A DNA stretch of 64,000 nucleotides from Flavobacteriaceae bacterium (GTDB lineage Bacteria > Bacteroidota > Bacteroidia > Flavobacteriales > Flavobacteriaceae), in NCBI GenBank assembly GCA_021648265.1, contig JAKITD010000005.1, forward strand, positions 740 to 64,739. Direction: 5' to 3'. The position numbers were made by a program, and so were the translations under genes. The notes under the pieces were generated by a model, which had not been told where the DNA came from, made no database searches, and saw nothing but the letters and a program-made list of their open reading frames with translations. Below are positions 28,799 to 40,077 of this stretch, piece after piece. How positions within the stretch are numbered: position 1 is the first letter of the stretch; each line of letters starts with the position of its first letter.

Positions 28799-31567
28799 AT
28801 GAAAACTATTATTACAATTTTTTGTTTGTGTTTTAGCGTCCTAGCTTTTTCACAAACTACTGTAACAGGAAATGTTGTAGATCAAAATTCAGTACCAATT
28901 GTAGGGACCAATGTTATTGTTGTTGGAACATCAATAGGAACGGCAACTGATTTCGATGGAAAATTTACACTAACTGTAGAACAAGCCCCACCATTTTCAG
29001 TGGAATTTAGTAGTATTGGGTATCAATCATTTACTCAAGAAATTACAGAAAACAACCAAACATTCTCAATTACCTTAAATGAAGGTGACGAATTAGACGA
29101 AATTGTTGTTTCTGCATCTAGAACCCCTGAAAGTGTTCGAGAATCTCCAGTTACTATTGAACGCTTAGATGCTAGAGATATTAAAAACTCATCATCTCCA
29201 AACTTTTATGCAAGTTTAGAAAACCTAAAAGGTGTAGATGTAAATAGAGGAAGTTTAACCTTTAACTCTGTAAACACAAGAGGTTTTGCAACTTTCGCAA
29301 ACACTCGTTTTGTGCAATTAGTGGATGGTATGGATAACTCTTCACCAGCATTAAACTTTGTTATGGGTAACTTTTTAGGAATGAACGAGCTAGATGTTAA
29401 TAGCATTGAACTATTACCAGGTGCTTCTTCTGCCCTTTATGGTGCAAATGCATTCAACGGAATTTTATTTATGACAAGTAAAAGCCCATTTGACCATGAA
29501 GGAATTAGTACTTACATAAAAACAGGAGTTACTTCACAAGCAGCAGCAGGTGATAACAATTTTTACGATTTTGGAGTAAGAGCAGCTCATAAATTTAGTG
29601 ATAAATTTGCCGCAAAAGCATCTTTCTCATATCTAAGAGGTACAGAATGGTTTGCAACCGATACAAACCAATATACTTTAAGGACACCTGGACTACCAGA
29701 TGAAGTGACAGCCTATGATAACCAACCCGCTTTTGATGGTTTAAATATATATGGAGACGAAGTTTCATTAGGAGCATTAGGAACAGACCTTAATGGTGTT
29801 GCGCAATCTTTAGAAGCACAAGGTTTAATCCCTGCTGGTTCAAGCAGTTTAATCCCTGCAGACAATGTTTCTAGAACAGGGTATAGAGAACAAGATCTAA
29901 CAGATTATACTGCCGCTACTGGGAAAGCAGATTTCTCTTTAAATTACAGACCAACAGGTGGTGATTTAGAAATTATTTGGAATTCGAAAGTTGGTTTTGG
30001 TAGAACAATTTATCAAGGAGCAAACCGATATCAGTTAGACAATTTTATTATGCAACAGCATAAATTGGAAATAAAAAGCAAAGATTTTTTTGTAAGAGCA
30101 TACACAACCAATGAAAATGCTGGAAATTCGTATGATATGCGTTTTACAGGTATTAATATGAGTAAAATTGGCGCTCAAGAGTGGTTTGGAACTTATACAG
30201 GTGCATATTTGCAAGCTGTCTTAGGCGGATCAACTAGCGAACAAGCTCACGCTGCTGCTAGAATTTTTGCAGATGACAATATTACTTTACAACCTGGAAC
30301 ACCAGAATTTATCGCAGCTTATGAAAGCGTAATCTCGGAACCAGATGTTTCTAGAGGATCAAAATTTATAGACAAGTCTAAGTCTCATGTAGCCGAAGGA
30401 AATTATAACTTTAAAAGCTTATTAAATGATTACATGGATCTTCAAGTTGGAGGGTCATTTAAACAATTTTCATTAAATTCTGAAGGAACCATATTTACAG
30501 ATTATGATGGTCCAATTACTTATAGCGAATACGCAGCTTATACCCAAGCTTCAAAAAAGTTTTTAGATGAAGATAGAATGAAGGTAACGGCGTCTATACG
30601 TTACGATAAAAATGAATTTTTTGATGGTAGATTTTCTCCAAGAGTTTCCCTAACTTATTCGGCAGGAGAAAGAAAACAACATAACTTTAGGGGATCTTTT
30701 CAAACAGGATTTAGAAATCCAGATACCCAATCTTTATTTATAGGTTTTAATGTAGGAAGAGCTCTATTGGTAGGGTCTGCTCCAGATAATTTAGACAGAA
30801 CATTGCCAGGGACATCTTTAACAGGACGTGATGCTTACTTTGACTCTTATACTTTAGAATCTGTTCGAGCCTTTGCAGCAACAGGAGATCCTTCTTCATT
30901 AGTGTCCGTACAAACAGCATTGGTTGAACAAGAAAAAGTTCAAGCCTTCGATCTTGGGTATCGTGGAAAAATAGGTAAAATTAATATTGACGCAAATGTT
31001 TATTATAATATTTATGAAGGCTTTATTAGTAACCGTTTAGTAGTAACACCAACAAACGGAAGCACCTCTGACGCTACAGGTGTAGCAGATATTGTAAACG
31101 GAGATACTCAAGTATTTCAACTATATACAAATTCATTGGCAGATGTAACATCTTATGGAGCCGTAATTGGAGTCTCAACAAAATTCGCAAAAAATTATAG
31201 AGTTGGATTAAATTACACCTATGCAGAGTTCGACTTTGATCAAGCTTCAGATCCGGGATTTCAGGCTGGTTTTAACACCCCTAACCATCAGGTAAAACTT
31301 TCTATTGGAAACCCAGAATTATTTAAAAGCTTTGGATTTAATGTTGATGGTCGTTACAAAGGAGAATACTTATGGCAATCTAGTTTAGCTAATGCTGTAA
31401 TGCCAGAAATCTTTGTATTAGATGCCCAGATAAACTACTCAATCCCTTCATTAAGGTCTATGATTAAAGTTGGTGGAACCAACTTAACAGGTAACGAGTT
31501 CCAGAGTGCAGTTGGTACAGGTAATATTGGTTCTCAATATTATATATCTTGGACTTTTAATAATTAA
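28799..31567 (+). CDS. TonB-dependent receptor with N-terminal carboxypeptidase-regulatory-like domain
   Basis: TVTGNVVD..GTATDFDG, LDEIVVSASR, plug motifs (SIELLPGASSALYGANA), beta-barrel. Confidence 0.9.
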   Translation: MKTIITIFCLCFSVLAFSQTTVTGNVVDQNSVPIVGTNVIVVGTSIGTATDFDGKFTLTVEQAPPFSVEFSSIGYQSFTQEITENNQTFSITLNEGDELDEIVVSASRTPESVRESPVTIERLDARDIKNSSSPNFYASLENLKGVDVNRGSLTFNSVNTRGFATFANTRFVQLVDGMDNSSPALNFVMGNFLGMNELDVNSIELLPGASSALYGANAFNGILFMTSKSPFDHEGISTYIKTGVTSQAAAGDNNFYDFGVRAAHKFSDKFAAKASFSYLRGTEWFATDTNQYTLRTPGLPDEVTAYDNQPAFDGLNIYGDEVSLGALGTDLNGVAQSLEAQGLIPAGSSSLIPADNVSRTGYREQDLTDYTAATGKADFSLNYRPTGGDLEIIWNSKVGFGRTIYQGANRYQLDNFIMQQHKLEIKSKDFFVRAYTTNENAGNSYDMRFTGINMSKIGAQEWFGTYTGAYLQAVLGGSTSEQAHAAARIFADDNITLQPGTPEFIAAYESVISEPDVSRGSKFIDKSKSHVAEGNYNFKSLLNDYMDLQVGGSFKQFSLNSEGTIFTDYDGPITYSEYAAYTQASKKFLDEDRMKVTASIRYDKNEFFDGRFSPRVSLTYSAGERKQHNFRGSFQTGFRNPDTQSLFIGFNVGRALLVGSAPDNLDRTLPGTSLTGRDAYFDSYTLESVRAFAATGDPSSLVSVQTALVEQEKVQAFDLGYRGKIGKINIDANVYYNIYEGFISNRLVVTPTNGSTSDATGVADIVNGDTQVFQLYTNSLADVTSYGAVIGVSTKFAKNYRVGLNYTYAEFDFDQASDPGFQAGFNTPNHQVKLSIGNPELFKSFGFNVDGRYKGEYLWQSSLANAVMPEIFVLDAQINYSIPSLRSMIKVGGTNLTGNEFQSAVGTGNIGSQYYISWTFNN

Positions 31568-31587
31568 TAAAACTAAAACAATATAAA

Positions 31588-33087
31588 ATGATGATATTTA
31601 ATAAATACAAAAACTTTTGGCTAATGGCTTTTGCTATTACCTTAGTAGTTTCGTGTAGTGAAGAAGAATATGATATCCCTGTAGAAGAAGTAATACCGCT
31701 AACAGCTGGATCTGCAGATTTTTCAAAATTCGTAGCAGTAGGAGCATCTTTTTCTGCTGGATTTACAGACGGAGCATTGTTTCAAGCAAGTCAGTCTAAT
31801 TCATTCCCAAATCTTCTAGCAGGAGCCTTTGCAAATGCTGGAGGTGGAGAATTTACACAACCTTTAACAAACGATAATATAGGAGGCTTACTTTTAGGAG
31901 GTGTTCAAATTCAAAACCCAAGACTTTATTTTGATGGAGCAGGGATTTCTATGTTAGATGCAACACCCACAAATGAAGTTTCTAATGTAATTCCTGGTCC
32001 CTACAATAATATGGGAGTGCCTGGAGCAAAAAGTTTTCATTTATTAGCAAATGGCTATGGAAATGTAGCCGGTGTTCCTGCGGGATTAGCTAATCCTTAT
32101 TTTGCAAGAATGGCTTCTAGCTCAAACGCATCTATGTTAGAAGATGCTGCTTCACAAGCTGGCACCTTTTTTACATTATCTGAAATTGGAGGGAATGATG
32201 TTTTAAGTTTTGCATTGTCCGGAGGTTCTGGAGTTGATCAAACAGGAAATTTCGATCCAACGACTTACGGATCAACTGATATAACTGACCCTAATGTTTT
32301 TGCACAAGTTTTTGTAACTATAGCAGATGCATTAACTGCAAATGGTGCTAAAGGAATCGTTTCTAATGTTCCTTATATTACAAGTTTGTCGCATTTTACA
32401 ACGGTACCTTATAACCCAGTACCTTTAGACGCTGCAACTGCCGCACAATTAAATGGTGCATTTGCTCCATATAATGGAGGATTACTACAAGCTGAAGCTG
32501 CTGGTTTAATCTCTTCAGAAGAAAGAGCAGCAAGAACTATAAATTTCGTTGCTGGTCAAAATGCTGTTACTATGGTTGATGAAGATTTAACAGATATAAC
32601 AGCGTTGGGATTACCATCCTATAGGCACGCAACATCAGATGATTTACTAGTACTACCAAGTTCTAGCTTTATAGGAACGGTAGTTGGAGGAAATCCTCAA
32701 TTAATTAATGGAGTTTCTGTGCCATTAGAAGATAAATGGGTGTTAACGCCTCAAGAACAACAAGCAATATCCACAGCTACCGATGCTTACAACACGACTA
32801 TTGAAGCCGTAGCATCTGCTAAAGGATTGGCGTTTGTAGATTTTAAATCATTATTAATTGAAGCTTCAAATGGAGGGTTGTTATTCGACAACTTTAATAT
32901 GACAACTCAATTGGTATTTGGAGGATTGGTAAGTTTAGATGGTGTTCACCTTACAACTAGAGGATATGCATTAATGGCTAACAGAATGCTGGAAGCTATT
33001 GACGCAACTTATGGCTCAAACTTTCAAGCATCAGGATCATTGCTAAAAGCAGATGATTACACGACGATGTATCCAGAAGGGCTATAG
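31588..33087 (+). CDS. SGNH/GDSL-family lipolytic lipoprotein
   Basis: Lipobox VVSC, GAS(F) block I, GGNDV block III, SLDGVH block V. Confidence 0.85.
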   Translation: MMIFNKYKNFWLMAFAITLVVSCSEEEYDIPVEEVIPLTAGSADFSKFVAVGASFSAGFTDGALFQASQSNSFPNLLAGAFANAGGGEFTQPLTNDNIGGLLLGGVQIQNPRLYFDGAGISMLDATPTNEVSNVIPGPYNNMGVPGAKSFHLLANGYGNVAGVPAGLANPYFARMASSSNASMLEDAASQAGTFFTLSEIGGNDVLSFALSGGSGVDQTGNFDPTTYGSTDITDPNVFAQVFVTIADALTANGAKGIVSNVPYITSLSHFTTVPYNPVPLDAATAAQLNGAFAPYNGGLLQAEAAGLISSEERAARTINFVAGQNAVTMVDEDLTDITALGLPSYRHATSDDLLVLPSSSFIGTVVGGNPQLINGVSVPLEDKWVLTPQEQQAISTATDAYNTTIEAVASAKGLAFVDFKSLLIEASNGGLLFDNFNMTTQLVFGGLVSLDGVHLTTRGYALMANRMLEAIDATYGSNFQASGSLLKADDYTTMYPEGL

Positions 33088-33108
33088 TAAATAAGAAAAT
33101 TATTATTG

Positions 33109-33138
33109 AAAACCGAAGTTAACAGCTTCGGTTTTTTT
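33109..33138 (+). terminator. Intrinsic terminator
   Basis: aaaaccgaagtt / agcttcggtttt plus T-tract. Confidence 0.8.
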
Positions 33139-33175
33139 ATGCTTACTAATTTGATACTTGTCCTTGTCAATCTAG

Positions 33176-34795
<1,620 letters not shown>

Positions 34796-34800
34796 ACTTG

Positions 34801-34828
34801 CTTAAAGCATAAAGCTTAAAGCCTAAAG
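34801..34828. repeat. Heptamer tandem array between atpD and atpC
   Basis: cttaaag cataaag cttaaag cctaaag. Confidence 0.75.
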
Positions 34829-34837
34829 CAGAAAAAC

Positions 34838-35116
34838 ATGTATTTAGAAATAGTAACCCCAGAAGCTTCTTTAGTAAGCGGTGAAGTAGAATCGGTTTCG
34901 GTTCCAGGTGTAGATGGTGAATTTCAGATGCTGAATAACCACGCAGCTATCGTTTCCTCTTTACAAAAAGGAAAAGTATTATTTAAGGGAGACCCTGAAT
35001 TTACGGAAGGATTTGAAGATAAATTCTCAAAAGATAAAGACGGAAGATGGTCACTTGAAATTAATAGTGGAACTCTTGAAATGCAAGATAACAAAGCAAT
35101 TATTTTAGCTGACTAG
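34838..35116 (+). CDS. atpC: ATP synthase subunit epsilon (short Bacteroidota form)
   Basis: MYLEIVTPE, VPG..GEFQMLNNHA; directly after atpD. Confidence 0.9.
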   Translation: MYLEIVTPEASLVSGEVESVSVPGVDGEFQMLNNHAAIVSSLQKGKVLFKGDPEFTEGFEDKFSKDKDGRWSLEINSGTLEMQDNKAIILAD

Positions 35117-35139
35117 GCTAAAGTAAATTCCAAAATATA

Positions 35140-35174
35140 AATCCCGAATTCCATATTGGAATTCGGGTTTTTTT
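35140..35174. terminator. Bidirectional terminator
   Basis: cccgaattcca-tat-tggaattcggg plus T-tract. Confidence 0.8.
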
Positions 35175-36118
35175 TATCCATAAATTAAAACATCGTTTTC
35201 ACCATTAGAAGTCCTAACACCTCGATACATCCCTTCAGTATTAAAAGGCAAGGCAATATTTCCTTGAGCATCTACCGCAATTAATCCGCCATCGCCTCCA
35301 ATTTTTAAAATACGATTATTGATTACTTCATCTGAAGCTTCTTCCAAAGAAAGCCCTTTATATTCCATTAAACAAGAAACGTCATACGCCACAACTCCTC
35401 GTATAAAAAACTCGCCGCTTCCTGTACAAGAAACAGCACAAGTTTTATTATTGGCGTAATTTCCTGCTCCAATCATTGGACTGTCGCCTACTCTTCCGTA
35501 ACGTTTATTGGTCATTCCTCCAGTGGAAGTTGCCGCAGCGATATTTCCGTTTTTGTCGCAAGCCACTGCTCCAACGGTTCCGAATTTAGAGTCTTTTTGG
35601 CTGCTGGGCTTAGTCGAGGTATGATCCAATTGAAAACCATCAGTACCCTTAATACCCAACCATTGTTGATGGCGTAATTCATCGTAAAAATATTCAGCAT
35701 TTTCCAATTGATAATCGTTTGCTTTTGCAAATTGCATCGCACCTTCACCTGCTAAAAAAACGTGTTCGCTTTTTTCCATTACATCCCGAGCAAGAGAAAT
35801 AGGGTTTTTAATTCCAGTTATTAAGGATACTGCTCCTGCTTCTAAAGTTTTTCCGTCCATAATAGACGCATCCATTTCATGGGTTTCGGTAGCAGTAAAA
35901 ACAGCTCCTTTACCAGCGTTGAACAAATATGAATCTTCCAATGCCTTTACGGCTACTTCCACCGCATTTACAGCAGATCCGCCGTTTTTCAAAATTACAT
36001 ATCCACTGTCTAAAGCTTTTTGTAAAGCTTGTTTGTAGGCGGTTTCTTTTTCAGGAGTCATCATTCCTTTTACGAGTGTTCCTGCTCCTCCGTGTATGGC
36101 GATTGAATAGTTGTTCAT
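35174..36118 (-). CDS. iaaA: Isoaspartyl peptidase / L-asparaginase (Ntn hydrolase)
   Basis: IAIHGGAG, FNAGKG, GTVGAVA nucleophile, GRVGDSP. Confidence 0.9.
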   Translation of the reverse strand: MNNYSIAIHGGAGTLVKGMMTPEKETAYKQALQKALDSGYVILKNGGSAVNAVEVAVKALEDSYLFNAGKGAVFTATETHEMDASIMDGKTLEAGAVSLITGIKNPISLARDVMEKSEHVFLAGEGAMQFAKANDYQLENAEYFYDELRHQQWLGIKGTDGFQLDHTSTKPSSQKDSKFGTVGAVACDKNGNIAAATSTGGMTNKRYGRVGDSPMIGAGNYANNKTCAVSCTGSGEFFIRGVVAYDVSCLMEYKGLSLEEASDEVINNRILKIGGDGGLIAVDAQGNIALPFNTEGMYRGVRTSNGENDVLIYG

Positions 36119-36216
36119 TTTATAATTGTTAAATAGTTTTCAAAAATACACTTAGATTTTTATTGAATATCTTTTTACTGTTTTTATTTTTGAAAGAATT
36201 ATAAATTAGTTTCTTT

Positions 36217-36243
36217 CCTACAAGGTTTTAAAAACCTTGTAGG
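36217..36243. repeat. REP-like palindrome (CCTACAAGGTTTT family)
   Basis: cctacaaggtttt-a-aaaaccttgtagg; related copies at 43691 and 43741. Confidence 0.8.
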
Positions 36244-36304
36244 TATTGACTATTAAATCTTCTTTTCCTATAATTATAGGTTTCAAGAAAATAACCCAAT
36301 AACT

Positions 36305-39184
36305 ATGTCAGACAAAAAACGCCTTTTCCTTGTTGATGCCTACGCTTTAATTTTTCGAGGCTATTATGCATTTATTAAAAACCCTCGAATTAACTCAAAA
36401 GGACTCGATACCTCCGCCATTATGGGTTTTATGAATTCACTTTTGGATGTTATAAAACGAGAACGCCCCGATCATTTGGCGGTTTGTTTTGATAAAGGCG
36501 GCAGCGTTGCCAGAAAAGAAGCCTTCCCAGAATACAAAGCAAATCGAGATGTAACTCCCGATGCTATAAGAATTGCGATACCTTATATATATGAAATTCT
36601 GAAAGCCATGCACATTCCAATTATGGTCAAAGAAGGCTTTGAAGCAGATGATGTGATTGGAACGCTTTCCAAAAAAGCTGAAAAACAAGGCTATCAAACC
36701 TTTATGGTAACACCAGATAAGGATTTTGCGCAGTTGGTTTCGGAAAACATTTTTATGTACCGACCTATGTTTGGCGGTGGTTATGAAACTTGGGGAATCC
36801 CAGAGGTGCAAAAGAAATTTGAAGTAGAAGATCCGTTACAAGTGATAGATTACCTCGGAATGATGGGTGATGCCAGCGACAATATTCCTGGACTTCCAGG
36901 TGTAGGAGATAAAACTGCCAAAAAATTTATTAAAGCCTATGGAAGTATGGAAGGCCTTTTAGAAAACACTCACGAGCTTAAAGGAAAGATGAAAGAAAAG
37001 GTGGAAGCTGCCAAAGAGTTGGGCATTCTTTCTAAACAATTAGCGACGATAATGTTGGATGTTCCAGTTGAATTTCACGAAGAAGATTTTGAAATGTCGC
37101 AACCCGATTTAGAAAAAGTAACACAACTTTTTGAAGAATTAGAATTTCGTAGAATGATTGTTAATTTTAGGAATACTTTTTCTTTGGAATTAAAAACTAA
37201 TTCAAAAGATACATCAAATAAATCTGAACAAGATAAAGGAACAAAGAAGAATGTCACTTCTCCCGAATTACTCGGGACGCTCAGTGACCAGAAAACTTCC
37301 GCCGGTCAAGGTCAATTCTCCCTATTCGGAGGCGATAATGAGCCTTCCGAAAACACTCCTTACAGTTCTAGAAAAACGATTGAAAACACCGAACATTTCT
37401 ATCAATCTGTTCAAGCAGGAATGGGAACCAAATTGTTTCTTCAGAATTTATTGAAACAGAAATCAGTATGTTTTGATACGGAAACCACAGGATTGAATCC
37501 TATTACAGCCGAGTTAGTAGGAATTGCATTTTCTTGGGAAGTAGGTAAAGGATTTTATCTGCCTTTTCCAATAGATAAAACTGAAGTACAAGAACTTATC
37601 GAGCTAATTCGTCCATTTTTTGAAGGGGAGAGCATTCAGAAAATTGGTCAGAATTTAAAATACGATATCAAGGTTTTAAAGAAATACGGAATCTCGGTAA
37701 AAGGAAAACTGTTCGATACGATGTTGGCACATTACCTCATAAATCCTGATATGCGTCATAATATGGACGTACTTGCCGAAACTTATTTGAATTATACGCC
37801 TGTTTCCATCACCGAACTCATTGGAAAAAAAGGAAAAAATCAACTTTCAATGCGAGAAATTCCTTTGGATAAAATTACCGAATATGCGGTGGAAGATACA
37901 GATATTACGCTTCAGTTAAAAGAACATTTTGAGAAAGAACTTTCCGAAGCAGATACACAAAAATTATTTGATGATATTGAAATTCCGTTGCTTCGTGTTT
38001 TAGCATCTATGGAATTGGAGGGAATTAACCTCGATGTTCCATTTTTAGAAAGTCTAACTTCAGATTTAGATAAGGACATTGCTCATCTGGTTTCAAAAAT
38101 ATTTGAAGCTGCAGGAGAGGAATTCAATATTGCTTCACCTAAACAATTAGGAGTGGTGCTTTTTGAAAAAATGAAGTTGGTGGAAAAGCCTAAAAAGACA
38201 AAAACGGGTCAGTATTCTACTGCCGAAGATGTACTTTCTTATTTAGCAAAAGACCACGAAATCATCAACGATATTTTAGAATATCGAGGACTTGCTAAAT
38301 TGAAAAGCACTTATATAGATACACTTCCGAAGCAAGTAGAACCTACAACAGGGAGAGTTCATACCGATTATATGCAGACGGTTGCTGCCACAGGAAGACT
38401 GAGTAGTAACAATCCGAATTTACAAAATATTCCTATTCGTACTGAGCGTGGTCGTCAAGTGAGAAAGGCTTTTGTTCCTAGAAACAAAGACTATATTTTA
38501 CTAGCAGCAGATTATTCACAAATAGAATTGCGTATTATCGCAGCTTTAAGCGAAGAAGAGAATATGATTAATGCTTTTAAAAACGGGGAAGATATTCACG
38601 CTTCAACTGCTGCAAAAGTTTTTAATGTTCCCTTGGATGAAGTAACCAAAGAGCAACGTAGCAATGCGAAAACGGTGAACTTCGGAATTATTTACGGGGT
38701 TTCAGCATTCGGATTAAGTAATCAAACAGATTTATCTCGTTCTGAAGCAAAAGAACTGATAGAAACCTATTATGAAAGCTACCCAAAACTAAAAGATTTT
38801 ATAAACAAACAAATTAATTTTGCTCGTGAACACGGCTATGTACAAACCGTTTTAGGAAGACGGCGTTACTTAAACTCAATTAATGCGTCTAATGCAATAG
38901 TGCGAGGAGCAGCTGAAAGAAATGCAGTAAATGCACCGATTCAGGGTTCGGCAGCAGATATTATTAAAATTGCGATGATTAATCTGTATCAGAAACTTGA
39001 AGAAGGAAATTATAAAAGTAAGATGTTGCTTCAGGTACACGATGAATTGGTTTTTGATATTTACAAACCCGAATTGGAAGAACTAAAACCCATTATTAAA
39101 TCTGAAATGGAAAATGCTTTCAAACTTTCTGTGAATTTAGATGTCGAATTGGGATTGGGCGATAATTGGTTGGAAGCACATTAA
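36305..39184 (+). CDS. polA: DNA polymerase I
   Basis: 5'-3' exonuclease (DAYALIFR, EADD), 3'-5' exonuclease (FDTET), polymerase motifs (DYSQIELR, AKTVNFGIIYG, QVHDE). Confidence 0.98.
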   Translation: MSDKKRLFLVDAYALIFRGYYAFIKNPRINSKGLDTSAIMGFMNSLLDVIKRERPDHLAVCFDKGGSVARKEAFPEYKANRDVTPDAIRIAIPYIYEILKAMHIPIMVKEGFEADDVIGTLSKKAEKQGYQTFMVTPDKDFAQLVSENIFMYRPMFGGGYETWGIPEVQKKFEVEDPLQVIDYLGMMGDASDNIPGLPGVGDKTAKKFIKAYGSMEGLLENTHELKGKMKEKVEAAKELGILSKQLATIMLDVPVEFHEEDFEMSQPDLEKVTQLFEELEFRRMIVNFRNTFSLELKTNSKDTSNKSEQDKGTKKNVTSPELLGTLSDQKTSAGQGQFSLFGGDNEPSENTPYSSRKTIENTEHFYQSVQAGMGTKLFLQNLLKQKSVCFDTETTGLNPITAELVGIAFSWEVGKGFYLPFPIDKTEVQELIELIRPFFEGESIQKIGQNLKYDIKVLKKYGISVKGKLFDTMLAHYLINPDMRHNMDVLAETYLNYTPVSITELIGKKGKNQLSMREIPLDKITEYAVEDTDITLQLKEHFEKELSEADTQKLFDDIEIPLLRVLASMELEGINLDVPFLESLTSDLDKDIAHLVSKIFEAAGEEFNIASPKQLGVVLFEKMKLVEKPKKTKTGQYSTAEDVLSYLAKDHEIINDILEYRGLAKLKSTYIDTLPKQVEPTTGRVHTDYMQTVAATGRLSSNNPNLQNIPIRTERGRQVRKAFVPRNKDYILLAADYSQIELRIIAALSEEENMINAFKNGEDIHASTAAKVFNVPLDEVTKEQRSNAKTVNFGIIYGVSAFGLSNQTDLSRSEAKELIETYYESYPKLKDFINKQINFAREHGYVQTVLGRRRYLNSINASNAIVRGAAERNAVNAPIQGSAADIIKIAMINLYQKLEEGNYKSKMLLQVHDELVFDIYKPELEELKPIIKSEMENAFKLSVNLDVELGLGDNWLEAH
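37253..37288. repeat. Nested palindrome inserted in-frame in the polA linker
   Basis: gtcact-tc-tcccga-attac-tcggga-cgctc-agtgac; near copy at 55483-55504. Confidence 0.7.
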
Positions 39185-39225
39185 GCATTAATTTTTTCTG
39201 TACATTTGTTAAAAATAAAAAAACT

Positions 39226-39804
39226 ATGAAAAAAATTATCTTATTAGTTGCTTTAACCGCAACCATTGCCTTACAATCTCAAACAACATTCGACTTAGAT
39301 TGGGCTATCGGGATTAACGGAGAAGCGGCAAGTTTAACTATTGAACCTGGAGATACCGTTCGTTGGACTTGGACAGATGCCATGCCTCATAATGTAGTTA
39401 ATAAACCCGGAAGTCAAGAAATTTTTGATAGCGGTACTCTTATTGGAATTGGCGAACAATATTCTTTTACTTTTACCGAAGTTGGTATTAATGATTATGA
39501 ATGCACATTTCATACAGGAAGCATGTTTGGAACCATTACTGTAGAAGAAGAATTATCTATTGAAGATAAATTTTTAAAAAATATTATATTCTATCCAAAC
39601 CCTGTTAAAAACATATTTACACTATCTTCTTTGTTTGAGTTAGATAGCTTTAAGATATATAACACATTAGGAAGTTTAGTTTACGAAAAAACAGGAAACA
39701 ATCGTGTTATTGAGTATGATATGTCACACTTACAATCTGGCGTTTATATTCTTGTGGTAGCATCTAACAGCTTAAAAAAGACATTTAAGATTGTAAAAAA
39801 TTAA
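39226..39804 (+). CDS. Secreted plastocyanin-like cupredoxin with T9SS C-terminal domain
   Basis: Type-1 Cu ligands PHNV ... YECTFH...M; YPNPV..KTFKIVKN; start MKKII at 39226; TACATTTG box at 39201. Confidence 0.85.
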   Translation: MKKIILLVALTATIALQSQTTFDLDWAIGINGEAASLTIEPGDTVRWTWTDAMPHNVVNKPGSQEIFDSGTLIGIGEQYSFTFTEVGINDYECTFHTGSMFGTITVEEELSIEDKFLKNIIFYPNPVKNIFTLSSLFELDSFKIYNTLGSLVYEKTGNNRVIEYDMSHLQSGVYILVVASNSLKKTFKIVKN

Positions 39805-39822
39805 TGCTTTTTACAAAATATT

Positions 39823-39860
39823 AAAAATAAGGATACTGATTTACTATCCTTATTTTTTTT
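39823..39860 (+). terminator. Intrinsic terminator
   Basis: aaaaataaggata / tatccttattttt plus T-tract. Confidence 0.75.
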
Positions 39861-40077
39861 TAATTTTCGGTAAACTTAAATATTGAATTGGGATTGGCGA
39901 AAATTGGTTAAAGGCGCATTAAAACCACTTATAACAAGAATCCATTATAACTTAGGGATAAAGTTCTCATAACTGTTATATAATTGACAGGGTTTATATT
40001 TATTTTTGAAAAAAAAGTCCCATTGAGCATCAAAATGCCTTCAGCCTTTTTTGTTGGTCAAGTAAGAAAGAACTTAA

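Noticed and set aside
39861-40077. RiPP precursor peptide or cobalamin riboswitch upstream of the radical SAM genes
   Set aside because: Only tiny minus-strand ORFs (MRTLSLSYNGFLL, MDSCYKWF) with no leader/core features; no SPASM or RRE domains in the enzymes; no recognisable B12-box sequence
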